Shown: positions 1-13,099, numbered from the whole stretch's first letter. The stretch: 60,114 bases of DNA, filler included, from Bonamia ostreae (GCA_040357525.1; 10 parts of 10 records of this genome joined end to end with filler, not necessarily neighbours in it), one strand, 5' to 3'. Notes: generated from the sequence alone by a model not told the origin. A program made the numbers and translations.

Positions 1-1191
1 AAATGAAACCTTTCGTGGGATTCGGATCGATCCAAACAGCGTCGTCAATATCTTTTGTCGTAGAATCGTCGACCGTAAAACAGTTTTCCATATCGTATAT
101 TTTCCGATCCTCTTTGTCAATATCTATCGTATCGTCTTAAATTAATTTGTTCGAAACCTAAATCCATCGACTCAATTTTATCCGGCATTTTCAAAAACGG
201 ATAATTCAAATAACTCAAATTTTCATATTTTTCAAAAATCCCCATTTTTTCCAAAAAGTTTACACATTTATTCACAACCGCACATTTACTTAAATTATCG
301 CTCGCACTTATCGAGAAATATTTAGCCGCCAAATTTAAGTTCCTTTTCTGCCCATAAAATTGATCCGTTATCGCTAATTTGTGCATCAAGTCAATAAAAA
401 ATTCGGGAGTTTTTATGTGGTTCGATCTACAAAATTTCACCAAATTTGAATAATCTCTAAAACTATTTTTCCTAAATTCTGCAATTTTTTCTCTTATTTT
501 AATGTTTGATTTCATTGCGCTTTTTGAGGCGCTTTCAGCGAATAAATTGGTAATTAGAATTTCGTTTGCGTCTTTTATTCGGAATTGGTTTTTGCCGATT
601 AACTGAATTTTTGGATGTTGTCGCATTTTTTCGCTAATGACATACAAAATCAAGTCTTTGTTGAAACTTTCGTTTTCCAAAATTCGAGGAAAATAATCGG
701 AAATTTTGTACATCGTCAATGGTTTCAATTCGTTTGTTCTAAATTTTTCAAATTTTAGAAACGTGTTTTTAATAATGTCCAAAATTTCGTCTTTGTACAA
801 AGAAGTGATTTGGGGAATTTGGTCGAGCAAGAGGATATCAACATCCTTATTGAATATGTATTTGATGTTTTTGACCGGAATATCAAAATTTATTTTGGTT
901 TTTGTGCATTTTGCGTATATAAAATTTGATAAATTTCTTTGGAAAATGTCTTTTTTTCGAATTTGGCACATTTTAGTTAAATTTTTATTTTAATTAAAAA
1001 TGTTCAAAAATAGATTATTTAATTAAAAAACAAAGCGCGTTTTGGTCTGTTATAAATAAATTATTGTTTAGATCTTTGTCCTTTCGAGTAAGATAAAGTT
1101 TGTCGTTAGAAACGAACGGATTTCTGTAAAATTTTTTTTGGATATTGGTTGTTTTGACTTTTAAAATTTTAAATCGCGCAAATCGGATCAT
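1..1191 (-). CDS. RNB-family (RNase II/R, DSS1-like) 3'-5' exoribonuclease, probably mitochondrial; runs off the window start
   Basis: Removing a 22-nt GT-AG intron after ORF 117..971 gives CFTVDDSTTKDIDDAVWI, matching the RNB catalytic motif. The 5' exon from ATG 1191 (MIRFARFKILKVKTTNIQKKFYRN) is basic and acid-free, like a presequence. Confidence 0.6.
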
Positions 1192-1515
1192 TTTGGCTAA
1201 ATTGCGTGCTAAAGTTAGATGTTTCCAACATAAATTTAAAAAGATTATAAAGGTTTAAAATATTGTTCGAATTAAAAATTTTTGCGTTTAAAATATTGTT
1301 CGAACTTAAAATTTTTGCGTTTAAAATATTTATCTGTTTTGAGATTGAAAATTATTTTAATAAAAAATTACATAGATAGCCCATTATTAAAACGCTAAAA
1401 CTCAATATTTTTTACATTAAACAATAAAAATCCCAAAGCTTTAAAAGACCGAAATTAAATTAAATAACAAAAATGGCAAATGAGAACATAAAAAGAGCCC
1501 ATGTTAAAAACAAAT

Positions 1516-4500
1516 TCACTTAGATTTTTTTACTTTAACAATTATTTTTTTCGTTCGTTGCGAAGACGAGAATTTAATCCAAAAATCTAAAATTTCTTCT
1601 TTTTTGAGAAACGAAAGATTTTTTACAATTTTCTTTTCAAAATTAAGAATATAAAGTCTTCTAGAAATCTGCAGCCAAGCTCTGTTAGCCGCAGAATTCA
1701 AATTATTGGGCATCTTCAGTAGTTCCGCCATTAAACAGTCTTTTACTGTTTTAACGTCCATTTTTTTCAATTTTTCCAAAAAAGTTGAATTGAAAAAATC
1801 AATGTCGCCACACAATTGTTCAGGTGTGTTTGAAGGGGACGTTGCCAATTGATGAAAATACAATTTGTCTAAATTTTTGGAAATTACTGTTCTTGTAAAA
1901 ATACCCGGAATGTACCAGATAACTGCGACAATTTTGAGTGCGAATATGATTAAAAAATGGCTGTTTTAACAATCTTGACAGAACCATCGCTTTACTCTCC
2001 GACAACGACTAAACTTTTATTTGGAAACATCGTAATCTCCCAGTTCAAAGACAATGCGAACACAGTTGTTCTTTTCGATGGGATGGTCGAACTCATAAAA
2101 ATTGTTCCCAGGTTTTATGAAGGTCGATTGATTTTTAAACCATTTTTCAGAATTTAGTATCAAATTTAGACTTTTCAATTTTTCGATAATTGACTTCTTA
2201 AAATTTTGATCCGATTTGCCGGTTATTACTAAACAATTAAAAATTAATTTTTGCCGTCGTTAAAAATTTGCAAAACAGAGTTGACACCCCTTTTGACTGC
2301 AATTCCAATTTTGCGAAAACAGTTCAATGTCGTTTTTGGTCAAATTTAATTTATCCACACAATCCAATTGGGCTTTGAAATTCCAATAACGTTCATTCAA
2401 TATTTCATCGCATTTGTCATTACTTATTTTTTGAGCATCGATTTATTAAAATTTACCAAAATCGATTAGATCTTTTAATCAAACTATTTTTCAATTTCTT
2501 TTTAAGCGAAAAAATGGCGTTTTGAAATTCAAAATTTTGGATTTTTGTGGATTGCAAGACATTTAGAAATTCGCTAATAACTAAAATGGCTTTTTCTGTA
2601 TATCCAGAACAATAAAGTTTGTGACCGGAATGGATAATTTTTATTTTAAAAAAATATCCACAAATTAAAGCGTCGTATAAGTTTTTTTTGAGGCGATTAT
2701 TTAATATTTTAATTCGAATTTTCGATTTTATATAATTTTCAATGTTTTTTGTCGTCTATTAAATTTTTGATTTTGTGTTTTGCAAAATATTTTAAAATAA
2801 TAAAATTTGCAAAAACAACAAAATCGTTAATTTCGAAATCTATTCTACATTTAGAGGTCCCGAAGTTCGATTCTCTTTATAAAAATTGTCAAATGGATCA
2901 AAAACTTGTGCCAACATTTTAACGAAGAGTTTTCAAAAAATTTGACCATTTCAAAATTTTCAAATTTTTTTGTAAAATTTTGCTTTTTCTCGGGTAAAAA
3001 TAAATTTTGTTTTGGCAAATTTAACGAAACGCTAAATTTATTGTTTATATTTAAATTTAGTTTTTCTAAAGATGAGCTTATCTGGCTTTTTTTGTATTTA
3101 ATTTTGTACCTTTGAAAATTTTATTTTCATAAAAAGCTAAAATTTAAGAAAAATATTTAAAACTAGAAGATTAAAAGCAAAAATTAAAAATTTACCATTT
3201 TTCAATTTCGCAATTATTTTCATTAAGGTCATTATCAAATAATATAAAAAAGCAATTTTCGGGGACCAAAATAAAATTTAGCAATTTGATTAATTTTTTG
3301 AATTTAAATTTCTTTTTAACAAAAGGTCCTTTAATTGAATTTTCGATTCCGTATCTAAAAATATTTGTCGCGATATTTATTGATTCCAAACTTGCAGATC
3401 TTTTCGATCGACTGTTAAATTTTGTTTCTTGTATCAAATTTAGCTTTTTTGCATATATTTTACAACAAAAATTCGTAAATTTTGGAAAAAACTTCTTCAT
3501 TTAAATTTTTAAAATATGATTTTTCGGATTTTGCCAAAAGATCGATATAATTCAAAACGATCCCGAAAACAGATTTATAATTTTCCTGTCCGTTTGGGGT
3601 TAAATTTATCACCATTTCTATTTTTGAACCAAACTCAAAATCACTTTTTAATTAAAAATGTTCATAAAGCGGTCATTTTTCACAAAAAACTAAATTTTAT
3701 ATTGTGAATAATTTTTTCATAAAAAAACTAAATTTTATATTGTGACTAATTTTTTCATAAAAAGCTAAATTTTATAATGTGACTAATTTTTTCATAAAAA
3801 GCTAAATTTTAAGGTATATAAACCTCGTTGTAACAGTTAAGCTTTTAGCCAAATTTTCAAATTTTAACAAATTTAAAATACTCCCGTTTCCCTCATGTCC
3901 CAAACAATGTCTAAATTTTAAAAATCACAGAAACGAGATAATGTTTCTTTCAGAGCAATCCCATTTTTTATAAAAAGATTTTAACGGCCAAATTATAATC
4001 GCTTTATTTGCGAATTTTACCGGTTTTAATCTGACAAAAACATTTTTTAAATCATCAAACTGACAATTACTAAAATTTAGCTTTTTGTCAAAATTTTGTT
4101 GTTTCGATAAAATAGCAAATTCGCTTTCGATCAATTTTCTTTGTTTTTCTAAAGACATATTTGATACAGATGCGATCGATATGTTTTTTCCGATGTAATG
4201 TTTTGAATGAAATTTTAACAAATCGTCGCTTTTTAAAGATCTTTTTATTTGGTTTTTTCAAAATATAAATTTTAGTCTTTTTTAAAAAGAATAAACTTAA
4301 AAAACGATAAAGTTTCAATATTTCCTGTCGAAAATTTTGAAAAAGGATTGTTTTTGTTTATCAAGCTTTTCTGTAAATTGTAAACTCTTAAAATTAGGCA
4401 TTAAATTTTTGACTTGAAAACCTTCTGTGATCGTTTTGATAATTTAATAAATATTCATTTTGTATGGCCTTGATTTCTCTCGACATCACTTCCTCTAAAT

Positions 4501-5206
4501 TGAAAAATTTTTAGAGGAAAAAAGAACGTTTAAAAATTTTTTAATTCAATTTGGGAAAAAAAGAACATTAAAAATTATTAAATTAATTTGAGGAAAAAAG
4601 AACGTTTAAATAACGGTTCGGTTAACATTTTCGAAAAAATATCGACAGTTTTTTGATAATAATCGTTATCAACGTTAAAATGATAAACTGTTTGTTCCTT
4701 AAAATTTGAATTTGCTTTTTTATAATTACCGATTTAGTATGCGCATTGCTTGCTCCTCCGTGGTTTGCTAAAAAATTTTTATATTCTTGTTCATTTTCGT
4801 AAGTTTTAGAGCCCAAATGAACCATCTAAAATTGACCATTTTTGTTTAGCGAATAGCTAATTTATTTGAATTTATAATATAAACGCCCTTCTAATTTGAA
4901 TTTTTACTTGTTTTAAGGGCTTTAAAGTAAGAAATAAATTCTGACTTTTGCAAAAATCAAAAAATATATCGGAAACATGTTCAATAAAATGTGAAATCCC
5001 TTCAACATTGTCATTTGTTGATCCTTTATTCACTACCAAACACATTGAAGATTTTTTTGCGTTAACATCTTCTATTGTTACAACCTTTTGAGCGTAAAAA
5101 TTTTAACATTAATGGCGCCCAAATAAAAATAAGAAGATTTGCGGTAATCGCATAGCGGAAGAAAAATTTGGCAGTTTTCAGAAACTGAGTCGAGTTTCGA
5201 AGTCAT
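1516..5206 (-). CDS. Insulin-degrading-enzyme-like M16A metallopeptidase, many exons
   Basis: Spliced sequence gives GISHFIEH|MVHLGSK (HxxEH motif), HGGASNAHT, PFSKFSTGNIETL, SHCLGHEGNGS and QPFFNHIRT, collinear with insulinase. Confidence 0.85.
3672..3811. repeat. ~37-nt tandem repeat, about 4 copies, intronic in the M16 peptidase gene
   Basis: Unit resembling ttttttcataaaaa(g)ctaaattttatattgtgactaa, repeated head to tail. Confidence 0.8.
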
Positions 5207-5326
5207 CTTTATCTGATTTTATTAGAAAATCTAATTTTTAGACAAAAAAATTTTAAAAGGGTTTAAAATTTTCTAAAAATGAGAAAAAATAGTGAAAATT
5301 TTGATTCTATAAAACAATCTATTGAA

Positions 5327-5951
5327 ATGTTGCTCGTTACCGTTTTTTAGCAATTTTTTGCAAATATTGTAAACTCATTTTTCCAATTAATTTTCAACAT
5401 TTAAAATCAAAAAATAGTTGAATGATAAATTGGCAAATTTAGCAAGATTGGTTTCGATATTAAATTCTGAAGAATCTTCGGATTCTTTGGAATCAGCAAT
5501 TCAAGAAAAAGGAATAACCGATCATTTAATAAATGAAGTTGAAAGAAAAATTCAAGAAATAGATTTTATTGCAAGAGATAATAAAAAAACTTCCAACAAA
5601 ATTGATATTCAGTTTTTAAAATTTGAAATGGAAATTTTTAAATTTGATTTATAACAAAAGAAAGATAAAAAGTTTTAAAACAAAATTGAAACATATTCGC
5701 AAGGATTTTAGAAAAACTGTTAAAAAATTTGAAGAAGGCGAAAAGACAACAAAAAGACGTCAAAATTATTTTGTTTAAATTTTATAATTAAAACATTTAA
5801 GTTTTCTAATATCGCAAATATTAATTCAAAAAGATTGAAGAAGAACTGAAAGCAAAAGTTGATTATAATTTAGATTTATCTGAAATAATGGTTGAAAACC
5901 AAATATCAATGGCTCAAGATACTCTTAATTCACTTAATATCCAACATAGTC
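5327..5951 (+). CDS. Qb-SNARE-like protein (membrin/Bos1/Vti1 type), truncated by contig end
   Basis: Helical N-terminal exons followed by MVENQISMAQDTLNSLNIQHS, resembling the start of a Qb SNARE motif; GT-AG introns. Confidence 0.5.
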
Positions 5952-6051
5952 NNNNNNNNNNNNNNNNNNNNNNNNNNNNNNNNNNNNNNNNNNNNTTAAT
6001 TAATTAANNNNNNNNNNNNNNNNNNNNNNNNNNNNNNNNNNNNNNNNNNNN
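5952..6051. other. Artificial contig linker (N44-TTAATTAATTAA-N44); recurs at about 12002, 18047, 24088, 30124, 36159, 42176, 48173 and 54165
   Basis: Identical six-frame-stop cassette between N runs; intervening contigs are about 5.9 kb and decrease in length. Confidence 0.97.
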
Positions 6052-6908
<857 letters not shown>

Positions 6909-6952
6909 GAGACTAAATCTGCGATGACTAAAGCATTATATATGTAAAATCA

Positions 6953-7306
6953 TTAAAAGTTTAATCGTCTTTTTCTCCAATCGAATTTCGGCTTTTTTTT
7001 CTGGATGGCGTTTTTAGTCTTTTTGTCTATTTTTTTGTTTATTTTCAGGTTCTTGCGAAAGGCTTCGAGTTGCTTTTTAAGTTCGTTGAATGATTTTTGG
7101 TGTCTGTCTTCTTCCTCATCGGCGATTTTCTGTTGTTCTACTTTCTGTGAGTAATCGCTAGCCATTTGTTCTATTTTTAGCAATTCGGCTGTAATCAAAT
7201 CTTTAGCTTCCTCCGGCCCTTTCTTTTTAGGTTTTGCGTTTTTGTTTATTTTGATATTTGGCCCGTCAAAAAAGTTTGATGGCAGCGAACTATTGCCTTC
7301 CGTCAT
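6953..7306 (-). CDS. ZNF830/CCDC16-like protein (C-terminal part only)
   Basis: LPSNFFD, a coiled coil and terminal DWRKR resemble the LPEGFFD...DWR region of ZNF830; no zinc finger present. Confidence 0.5.
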   Translation of the reverse strand: MTEGNSSLPSNFFDGPNIKINKNAKPKKKGPEEAKDLITAELLKIEQMASDYSQKVEQQKIADEEEDRHQKSFNELKKQLEAFRKNLKINKKIDKKTKNAIQKKKPKFDWRKRRLNF

Positions 7307-7485
7307 TTTATAGTCAAAACTATTATATGTTTTCCATATTATATTCTCAGATTTAAAATCCTAAAAAGCTTCAATAACAGAATGACAACGAATTTTTATT
7401 TTATCGTTTCCGAAGTATAAATGAAGATCGGCCGATGCCAATTTTTAAATGTAATTGCAAAGACAACAAAATGTTTCTTTCGTAT

Positions 7486-8514
7486 TTACAGCACCTCTTC
7501 GAGGTAATCTTTAACTTCATTTTCAGACAAAATTCGGAAAACACGGTCTTCTCCCACAACCCCGATTTCAATATTGGACTGGTTCATTTCGCCGTCAAAA
7601 TTCTCTTTCAAAGCCAAAATAGCGGTGTGGACGGCGTCTTCTATCTCGATGTCTTCCCTGTAGCGCTTTTCGAGAAAAGCCTTAGAGCTGTTGACGTTCT
7701 GCCCAATCGCGGATGCTTTCCATCCCCAGAAAGTCCCAGAGGGATCCACTTGATATAAGTGAGGACCGGAATCGTCGTATCCGCAGAGAAGAAGCGAAAC
7801 GCCGAACGGGCGCACTCCGCCTGATTGCGTAAATTCCTGCATCACGTTCGCAAGACTTTTGGCCAGTTGAGAAACCGGTATTTTCTCCATGAATTTGAGG
7901 TCATAGAGTTGCGACTCTTTCCTGCCCTTCGCAGTCATCACTCGAAAATCAGGTCCTATTCCGGCGTAAGTTATCCCCGTGTTGGGACTTTTGCAATTTT
8001 CGAATTAGAAAAATTTAGTTTTACGTTTTAGCCTCGTCCGTTAAAAATAAAGGGGACGATGCGAATTATTGAATAAGGGAGCATTGTGATTAATTAAAAT
8101 GTCGGCATTGACACTGACATTAATCTTCGGACTAGTGATTACATTGAAATTTGTTAATTTGTTACATTGAAATGCCAATACTAGGATTCGAACCCACGAC
8201 TACAGATTAGTCAGGCCTTGTGCTAACCACTAGACCGACGATTTTTAAAATTTTTGTTGCAAAATTTAAAATTTTTATAAATTCAGGTTAACCTGATTTT
8301 TTCGATTTTGGGGGAAACGTTGGATATGACCAATGGCGATTTTTTCTTTCTTTCGGCTACTATGACGACGCCATTTCTGGCTAAAATGAGATTGAGAGAA
8401 CAAACCTTTAATACCCAAAGCGGTGTTTCCATTGGAAACAGCACTTAGAGCATATTCGACTTGTACTAATTTACCCGAAGGTGAAAACGTTGTCAATCCA
8501 AATTCATGCGACAT
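7486..8514 (-). CDS. PSMA2: 20S proteasome subunit alpha 2
   Basis: [17 protein letters not shown] and [17 protein letters not shown]; two introns (25 nt, and 305 nt at 7988-8292). Confidence 0.96.
8173..8243 (-). pseudogene. Degenerate tRNA-like sequence (possible SINE head) in PSMA2 intron 2
   Basis: Sense strand has an A-box/D-arm (GGTCTAGTGGTTAGCAC) and B-box (GGGTTCGAATCC) at tRNA spacing, but acceptor and anticodon stems do not pair. Confidence 0.7.
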
Positions 8515-8618
8515 TTTTGTTTTGGCTATTTTTAAGATTAAACGAATCCGATGTACTTAAAATCCTAAATAAATTATAGCGAATTATTGTATAAAAGGTA
8601 GACTTATTCGACTCAAGA

Positions 8619-9573
8619 ATGGCCAACAGAACAGATCCCACCGCTGTTTTTAAACGACCAGCAATAGTTTACAGTTCACGGCCAAAACCCGCAATATCTG
8701 ATAGAACAAATCGTCCGCGACAAAATTTACAATTCGGTCTACTGGAAAATGCACTGCTTCGCGCTCAACGCAGAAAGTTTGATCGATAAAGCGGTCGACC
8801 TCATTGCTGTCGGAGGCACTTTTGGCGGCAACAGAAAGCCAACAAAGTTCCTCTGCCTCACGCTCAAATTGCTTCAACTGCAACCGGAAAAGGAAATCAT
8901 CGTCGAATACATAACAAACGAACAGTACAAGTTTTGTCCAATTTTCTTCATTCTTGCTTTCCGCAATGTTTCGACCACATTTTCAAAATTCGATAAATTT
9001 TATTTTGAGATATTTACGAGTACTCGGCGTTTTCTATATGCGACTGACCGGGAAGGCGGTGGACGTTTACCAATATTTGGAGCCGCTGCTACAAGATTAT
9101 CGGAAAATAAGGATTCGGGACGCGATGGGAAGTTTGACTAAAATCCAAAATTAGAATATTCCATCACACACATCGACGAAATAGTCCACGGTCTGCTCAC
9201 GGAAAGCCACTACTTCAACATATCGCTTCCGTCTCTTCCTTCGAGATGGTCTTTGGAAAAGGCAGGCGTGCTCAAACCACGCGAAAGTCTTCTGGCTGAT
9301 TTGGACGATCTGGATAAAGAAGAACAGATCTCTCCCTCTCCGGAGAGAGCAGACAGTTCGAAGCACAAAAAAACGAGTAAATCCAAAACAGAAGAAATTT
9401 CGAATAGCAAAGAGATGGAAAAAGGGCAAGAGAAGGAAAAGAGCCGACGCTACAAAAGCATATTTACGAAAAATCCGATGGCGGCGAATGAAGATGGGGG
9501 ACGCCAGGAGGTGCTTAGTATAGACGAAACGAACAAATTAAGAGAAAAATTGGGTCTCAAAAAACTTGTCTAA
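8619..9573 (+). CDS. PRPF38A: Pre-mRNA splicing factor PRP38 with C-terminal HIND motif
   Basis: MANRTD..HGQNPQYL, FLCLTLKLLQLQPEKEII, YMRLTG and YLEPLLQDYRK; three introns (first at 8646-8667); ends LSIDETNKLREKLGLKKL. Confidence 0.95.
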
Positions 9574-9784
9574 ATTTCATTTTTTATTTATTGGTACAAT
9601 ACAATCAATGTTTAAATAACGCTGTAGCTGCTGCTCCGTCTTTCAAATATTTTGTTGTTACAAATAAAAATGTTTCGTCGAACCATTTTCACAAAAATTA
9701 CAAAATTCAATTTAAAGAATTTTAAGAAAGAACCGATTCATTTTGTTGTGGCGTCTATGTTAACTTTAAAAAATTTTTAAAAAC

Positions 9785-9988
9785 ATGTTTTTAAATTCTT
9801 GCTTGGCCATTTTGTTGTTACTGGGACTGTCGAAGCAGACTCGAACCGTAGAGTTGATGCCAGAAGAAGTCTCTCAGTTGGTTGAAAACACAACGAAATG
9901 TATCAAAAAAAGTTTTTTTGATTATTGTGAAAAGACCATGTTTCGACTTTTTTTGTTTGGCGTTTTGGAGATTGATGCGATTGTGTAA
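9785..9988 (+). CDS. Small hypothetical protein with hydrophobic, signal-peptide-like N-terminus
   Basis: 67-aa ORF starting MFLNSCLAILLLLGLS; no recognised family. Confidence 0.3.
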   Translation: MFLNSCLAILLLLGLSKQTRTVELMPEEVSQLVENTTKCIKKSFFDYCEKTMFRLFLFGVLEIDAIV

Positions 9989-10218
9989 ATAGTGATCAAT
10001 TTTTTATATTCATTTTTTGAATATTTGAATGCTTGACTATTTTGATTAAAATATGTCACGATTTACCTTAAAATAAATGTGTTTTGTAACACAAAAATAT
10101 TTAGATTTTGTTCATATACACAACTAAAATTAAAATTAATATGCCAAAATTAAGAAAAAAAAACACATCGAACGTAAAAATAAACCAAAATTCTTATAAA
10201 ATTACTTTAAAATTAAAA

Positions 10219-12001
10219 ATGGACTCTACAATAGAAGGTGCTACTATCGCTATAATTGGAATTCAATCAACAACCACAGTTTTGGCCGTATTTTTAATTG
10301 GCAGTCTCTATATGTCTTGCAAAAACAAAAGTAAAGATGTTGGGGCGAGTTTAGAAAATTTGGGATTTAAACACAAGATGCTTGCTTTTATAATAGGTAT
10401 GTCGCAAATCGTGTCTTTGATGACAATACTCGGAAGTTTTTTTTTATTTGCGTATAAGTTTTTTTATGTGCAAATCGCAGTAATAATGTACATAACAACA
10501 GCAACGATATAAAATTTTATTATAAAATTATTTTTGCTGTACATAGAAACAACAGCAATAATGTAAAATTGTGACAATAAGATTATATTGTTGTACATAA
10601 CAACAACAATGATATAAAGTTGTAACAATAAAATTATATTTGTTGCACATGGAAACAGCAAAGAATAATAACCGTAACAATAAAGTGGCTAGAAACTGGA
10701 TACACTTCTTTTCGGAATGGGAATACACATCCTTCAATCTTTATTCTACGATACCCGGAATCTTCATACCTCTGTTTGTACCAATTTTAGTCAAACGTTT
10801 CCAATATTCCACTCTTTTCTATATTGCTCAAATCGCCAGCATATTTGCAGATTTTATGTTAGTTTTTGCTATCTATATCTCGATACATGACATCTCGGAA
10901 GGCCTTACGATTATGATGTTTATTTTGGTGAGCACGGGCCTTTCTTTGTCTCAAACTGTTTCGTTCTCGTTTTTATTTTGCGGTTACATTATGTGTTAAA
11001 ATTGACACTAACATTATTTGTGGTAACATTATTCGCCGTCCCAATTAAATAAATCTTTTGTTGTAACAAAACAACCGATAATGTGAAACAATGACAATAA
11101 AAAAAGCTTTCTGAATGAAATAGACAGTCGATTACTACCTTTTATGATAGCAGGGCTGCCAACTGCAACAATGGTATCAAACTTATTCATACTCTTTATA
11201 GAATTCTTATCTTTGTCTATCGTAAACACACAGCTTTATTTTTTCTTTCCAGCCATTTTTTTGCATTTTTTGGGAATCGCCGCTTTCGCGTATATGTACG
11301 AAAACTATTACCATTTACCGGTTGAAACAAATTCTCAATCAAGTGAAGACGAGAACTCTTATGAAAGAACACCACTTTTAGGTGATACTTCAAGTAGAAA
11401 ATCTTGTGATTGCCAAAATGCAAGGTTTGTTTGTCGTGAAAAAGGGTGTTTATTGTTCAACAACTTGAGTTTTTTTCTTTCACAAAAAGTGTTGTTTACG
11501 CAAACGTTTCTTATATTTCCGGCCATTGTTTTTTTGATGGTATCTTCATTCAAACCGCTAGAAAAATACTGGGGAACTATTATATCTATGCTGGCTGGCA
11601 GCAGTGAATTGGTGGCGAGGATGACCAATGCAGTCGGAAAATCCTGTTTAACTGGAAAAAAGACTACGCTAAGGTTTATTTATGAAAATTTAACAAAAAT
11701 AGATGTTCTTACGCAAGAATGTGTTTGGTCAACATCCCTATAATCTTTTTCTTTGCCTATAAAAAATATTTTTACATTCCAGGTCCTGTCATTGACATTA
11801 GCAACATATTTCTATATGTGTACGCTTTTTTCACTATGGGAGCAATGTTTTAAATTATCACTTGAAAATTTTAGCGGAAACAATTTAGCGCAGTTCATCC
11901 ATGAAGATTATCAACATGACCATAAAAAGAATCTGATTGCCTCTTCATTCTTCAACATATCAGTTTCTTTGGGAATCTTACTTGGTACAGTTGGAAGCTT
12001 T
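10219..12001 (+). CDS. Equilibrative nucleoside transporter (ENT/SLC29)-like multi-pass protein, truncated by contig end
   Basis: Many TM segments with TFLIFPAI, SELVAR and terminal ASSFFNISVSLGILLGTVGSF, typical of late ENT helices; exon boundaries approximate. Confidence 0.65.
10480..10655. repeat. Degenerate ~48-50-nt tandem repeat, probably intronic in the ENT gene
   Basis: Recurring tgtacata..acaacagcaa..at.taaa.tt...a.a(a)taaaattat. Confidence 0.6.
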
Positions 12002-12261
12002 NNNNNNNNNNNNNNNNNNNNNNNNNNNNNNNNNNNNNNNNNNNNTTAATTAATTAANNNNNNNNNNNNNNNNNNNNNNNNNNNNNNNNNNNNNNNNNNN
12101 NCCTTCAGTTTGACAATCCACAAACTTATCTTTTTAATTTGAGCGATAAAAATACGGTACATGTTAACTATTTAACCCCTTATTTTTAGTTATAAAAATT
12201 TCAACCATTTTTTAAATGATTATAAGTAATATTATGTTTATTTTGATTATAAGTACATAAA

Positions 12262-12940
12262 TTTATGGGATTGCTTCTCTAAAATTTTGTCAATGCGGTT
12301 TAAGGATGAATATTGAATTATAGAAAAGGGAGATTGTTTGTGTTGCAGAGAGCGGGGATGTAGAAATGAAATGTCGCTTAGAAAAAATTCTTTCATAGTA
12401 AACTCAAATATCTCTTTTCAGAAACCGATACTAGTTGTCGACATGCGGCCAGAGGGAAAACTTGAATACATAAAAGCGAATATTCAAGTTAGCAAAACCA
12501 GTTTAGTTACTGTCTTTACTACCTTCGTGAAATTTATGGTCTCTCCTTAGTTAACAGTTTAGTTAGCAAAATTCAAATTGGTAGAAATAGTTGACGAAGA
12601 ACAATCGAGGAAGAGCTGTCAGGCAACAATGGATGTTTAGTTGAATATGCCACGAAATCAAGATGCGTTTTTGGTTCCAGTGGATAGAAGAGATGCTGCG
12701 ACTTTTTTCCAATAATAATTCGACACCCCTATTTATATGTGCGAATGGAGAGCTTATAATGGAATTGAAAACTTGCTAAAGGATACATACATCGGAAAGT
12801 CGACCACTTTATGTCTTTTATCTGGAGAAATGCAATGGGAAGAAGTTGAAACACAGAAAAACACATTCCGGTATGTCGGAGTTTTATTGGTCTACAATAT
12901 TTCCAAATTTTGTTATAGTACTTATCCCGACCAAATTTGA
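12262..12940 (+). mobile_element. Decayed Merlin (IS1595/ISXO2-like DDE) transposase
   Basis: Frameshifted peptides in the correct order: KFCQCG, CCRERGCRNEMSLRKNSF, VEI, NRGRAVRQQWMF, AFLVPVDRRDAAT, PIIIRH, EWRAYNGI, GYIHRKVDH. Confidence 0.8.
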
Positions 12941-13099
12941 GATATTGGCCATTAGACAAATTTACAAGTAATAAAGAAAACTGCTTTTGCAAATTTCGTT
13001 CTTTTTATTTGCGTATCCGAAAATAAATTTGTTTATTATTGAAAAAGGAAAATTTAACAACTTTTAATAAATGTTATCTAGAAATGGTTAAAATGTAAA

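Noticed and set aside
1516-5206. Fragmented genes as pseudogenes or carriers of non-GT-AG introns
   Set aside because: Junctions I could anchor by homology are all GT-AG and keep catalytic motifs. Poorly conserved regions were not fully resolved, so rare exceptions are not excluded.
5952-6051. TTAATTAATTAA palindrome recurring every ~6 kb as a biological periodic element
   Set aside because: Always embedded in N runs; it is a concatenation linker. Gene neighbourhoods across linkers (e.g. TRAPPC8 with TRAPPC11) are meaningless.
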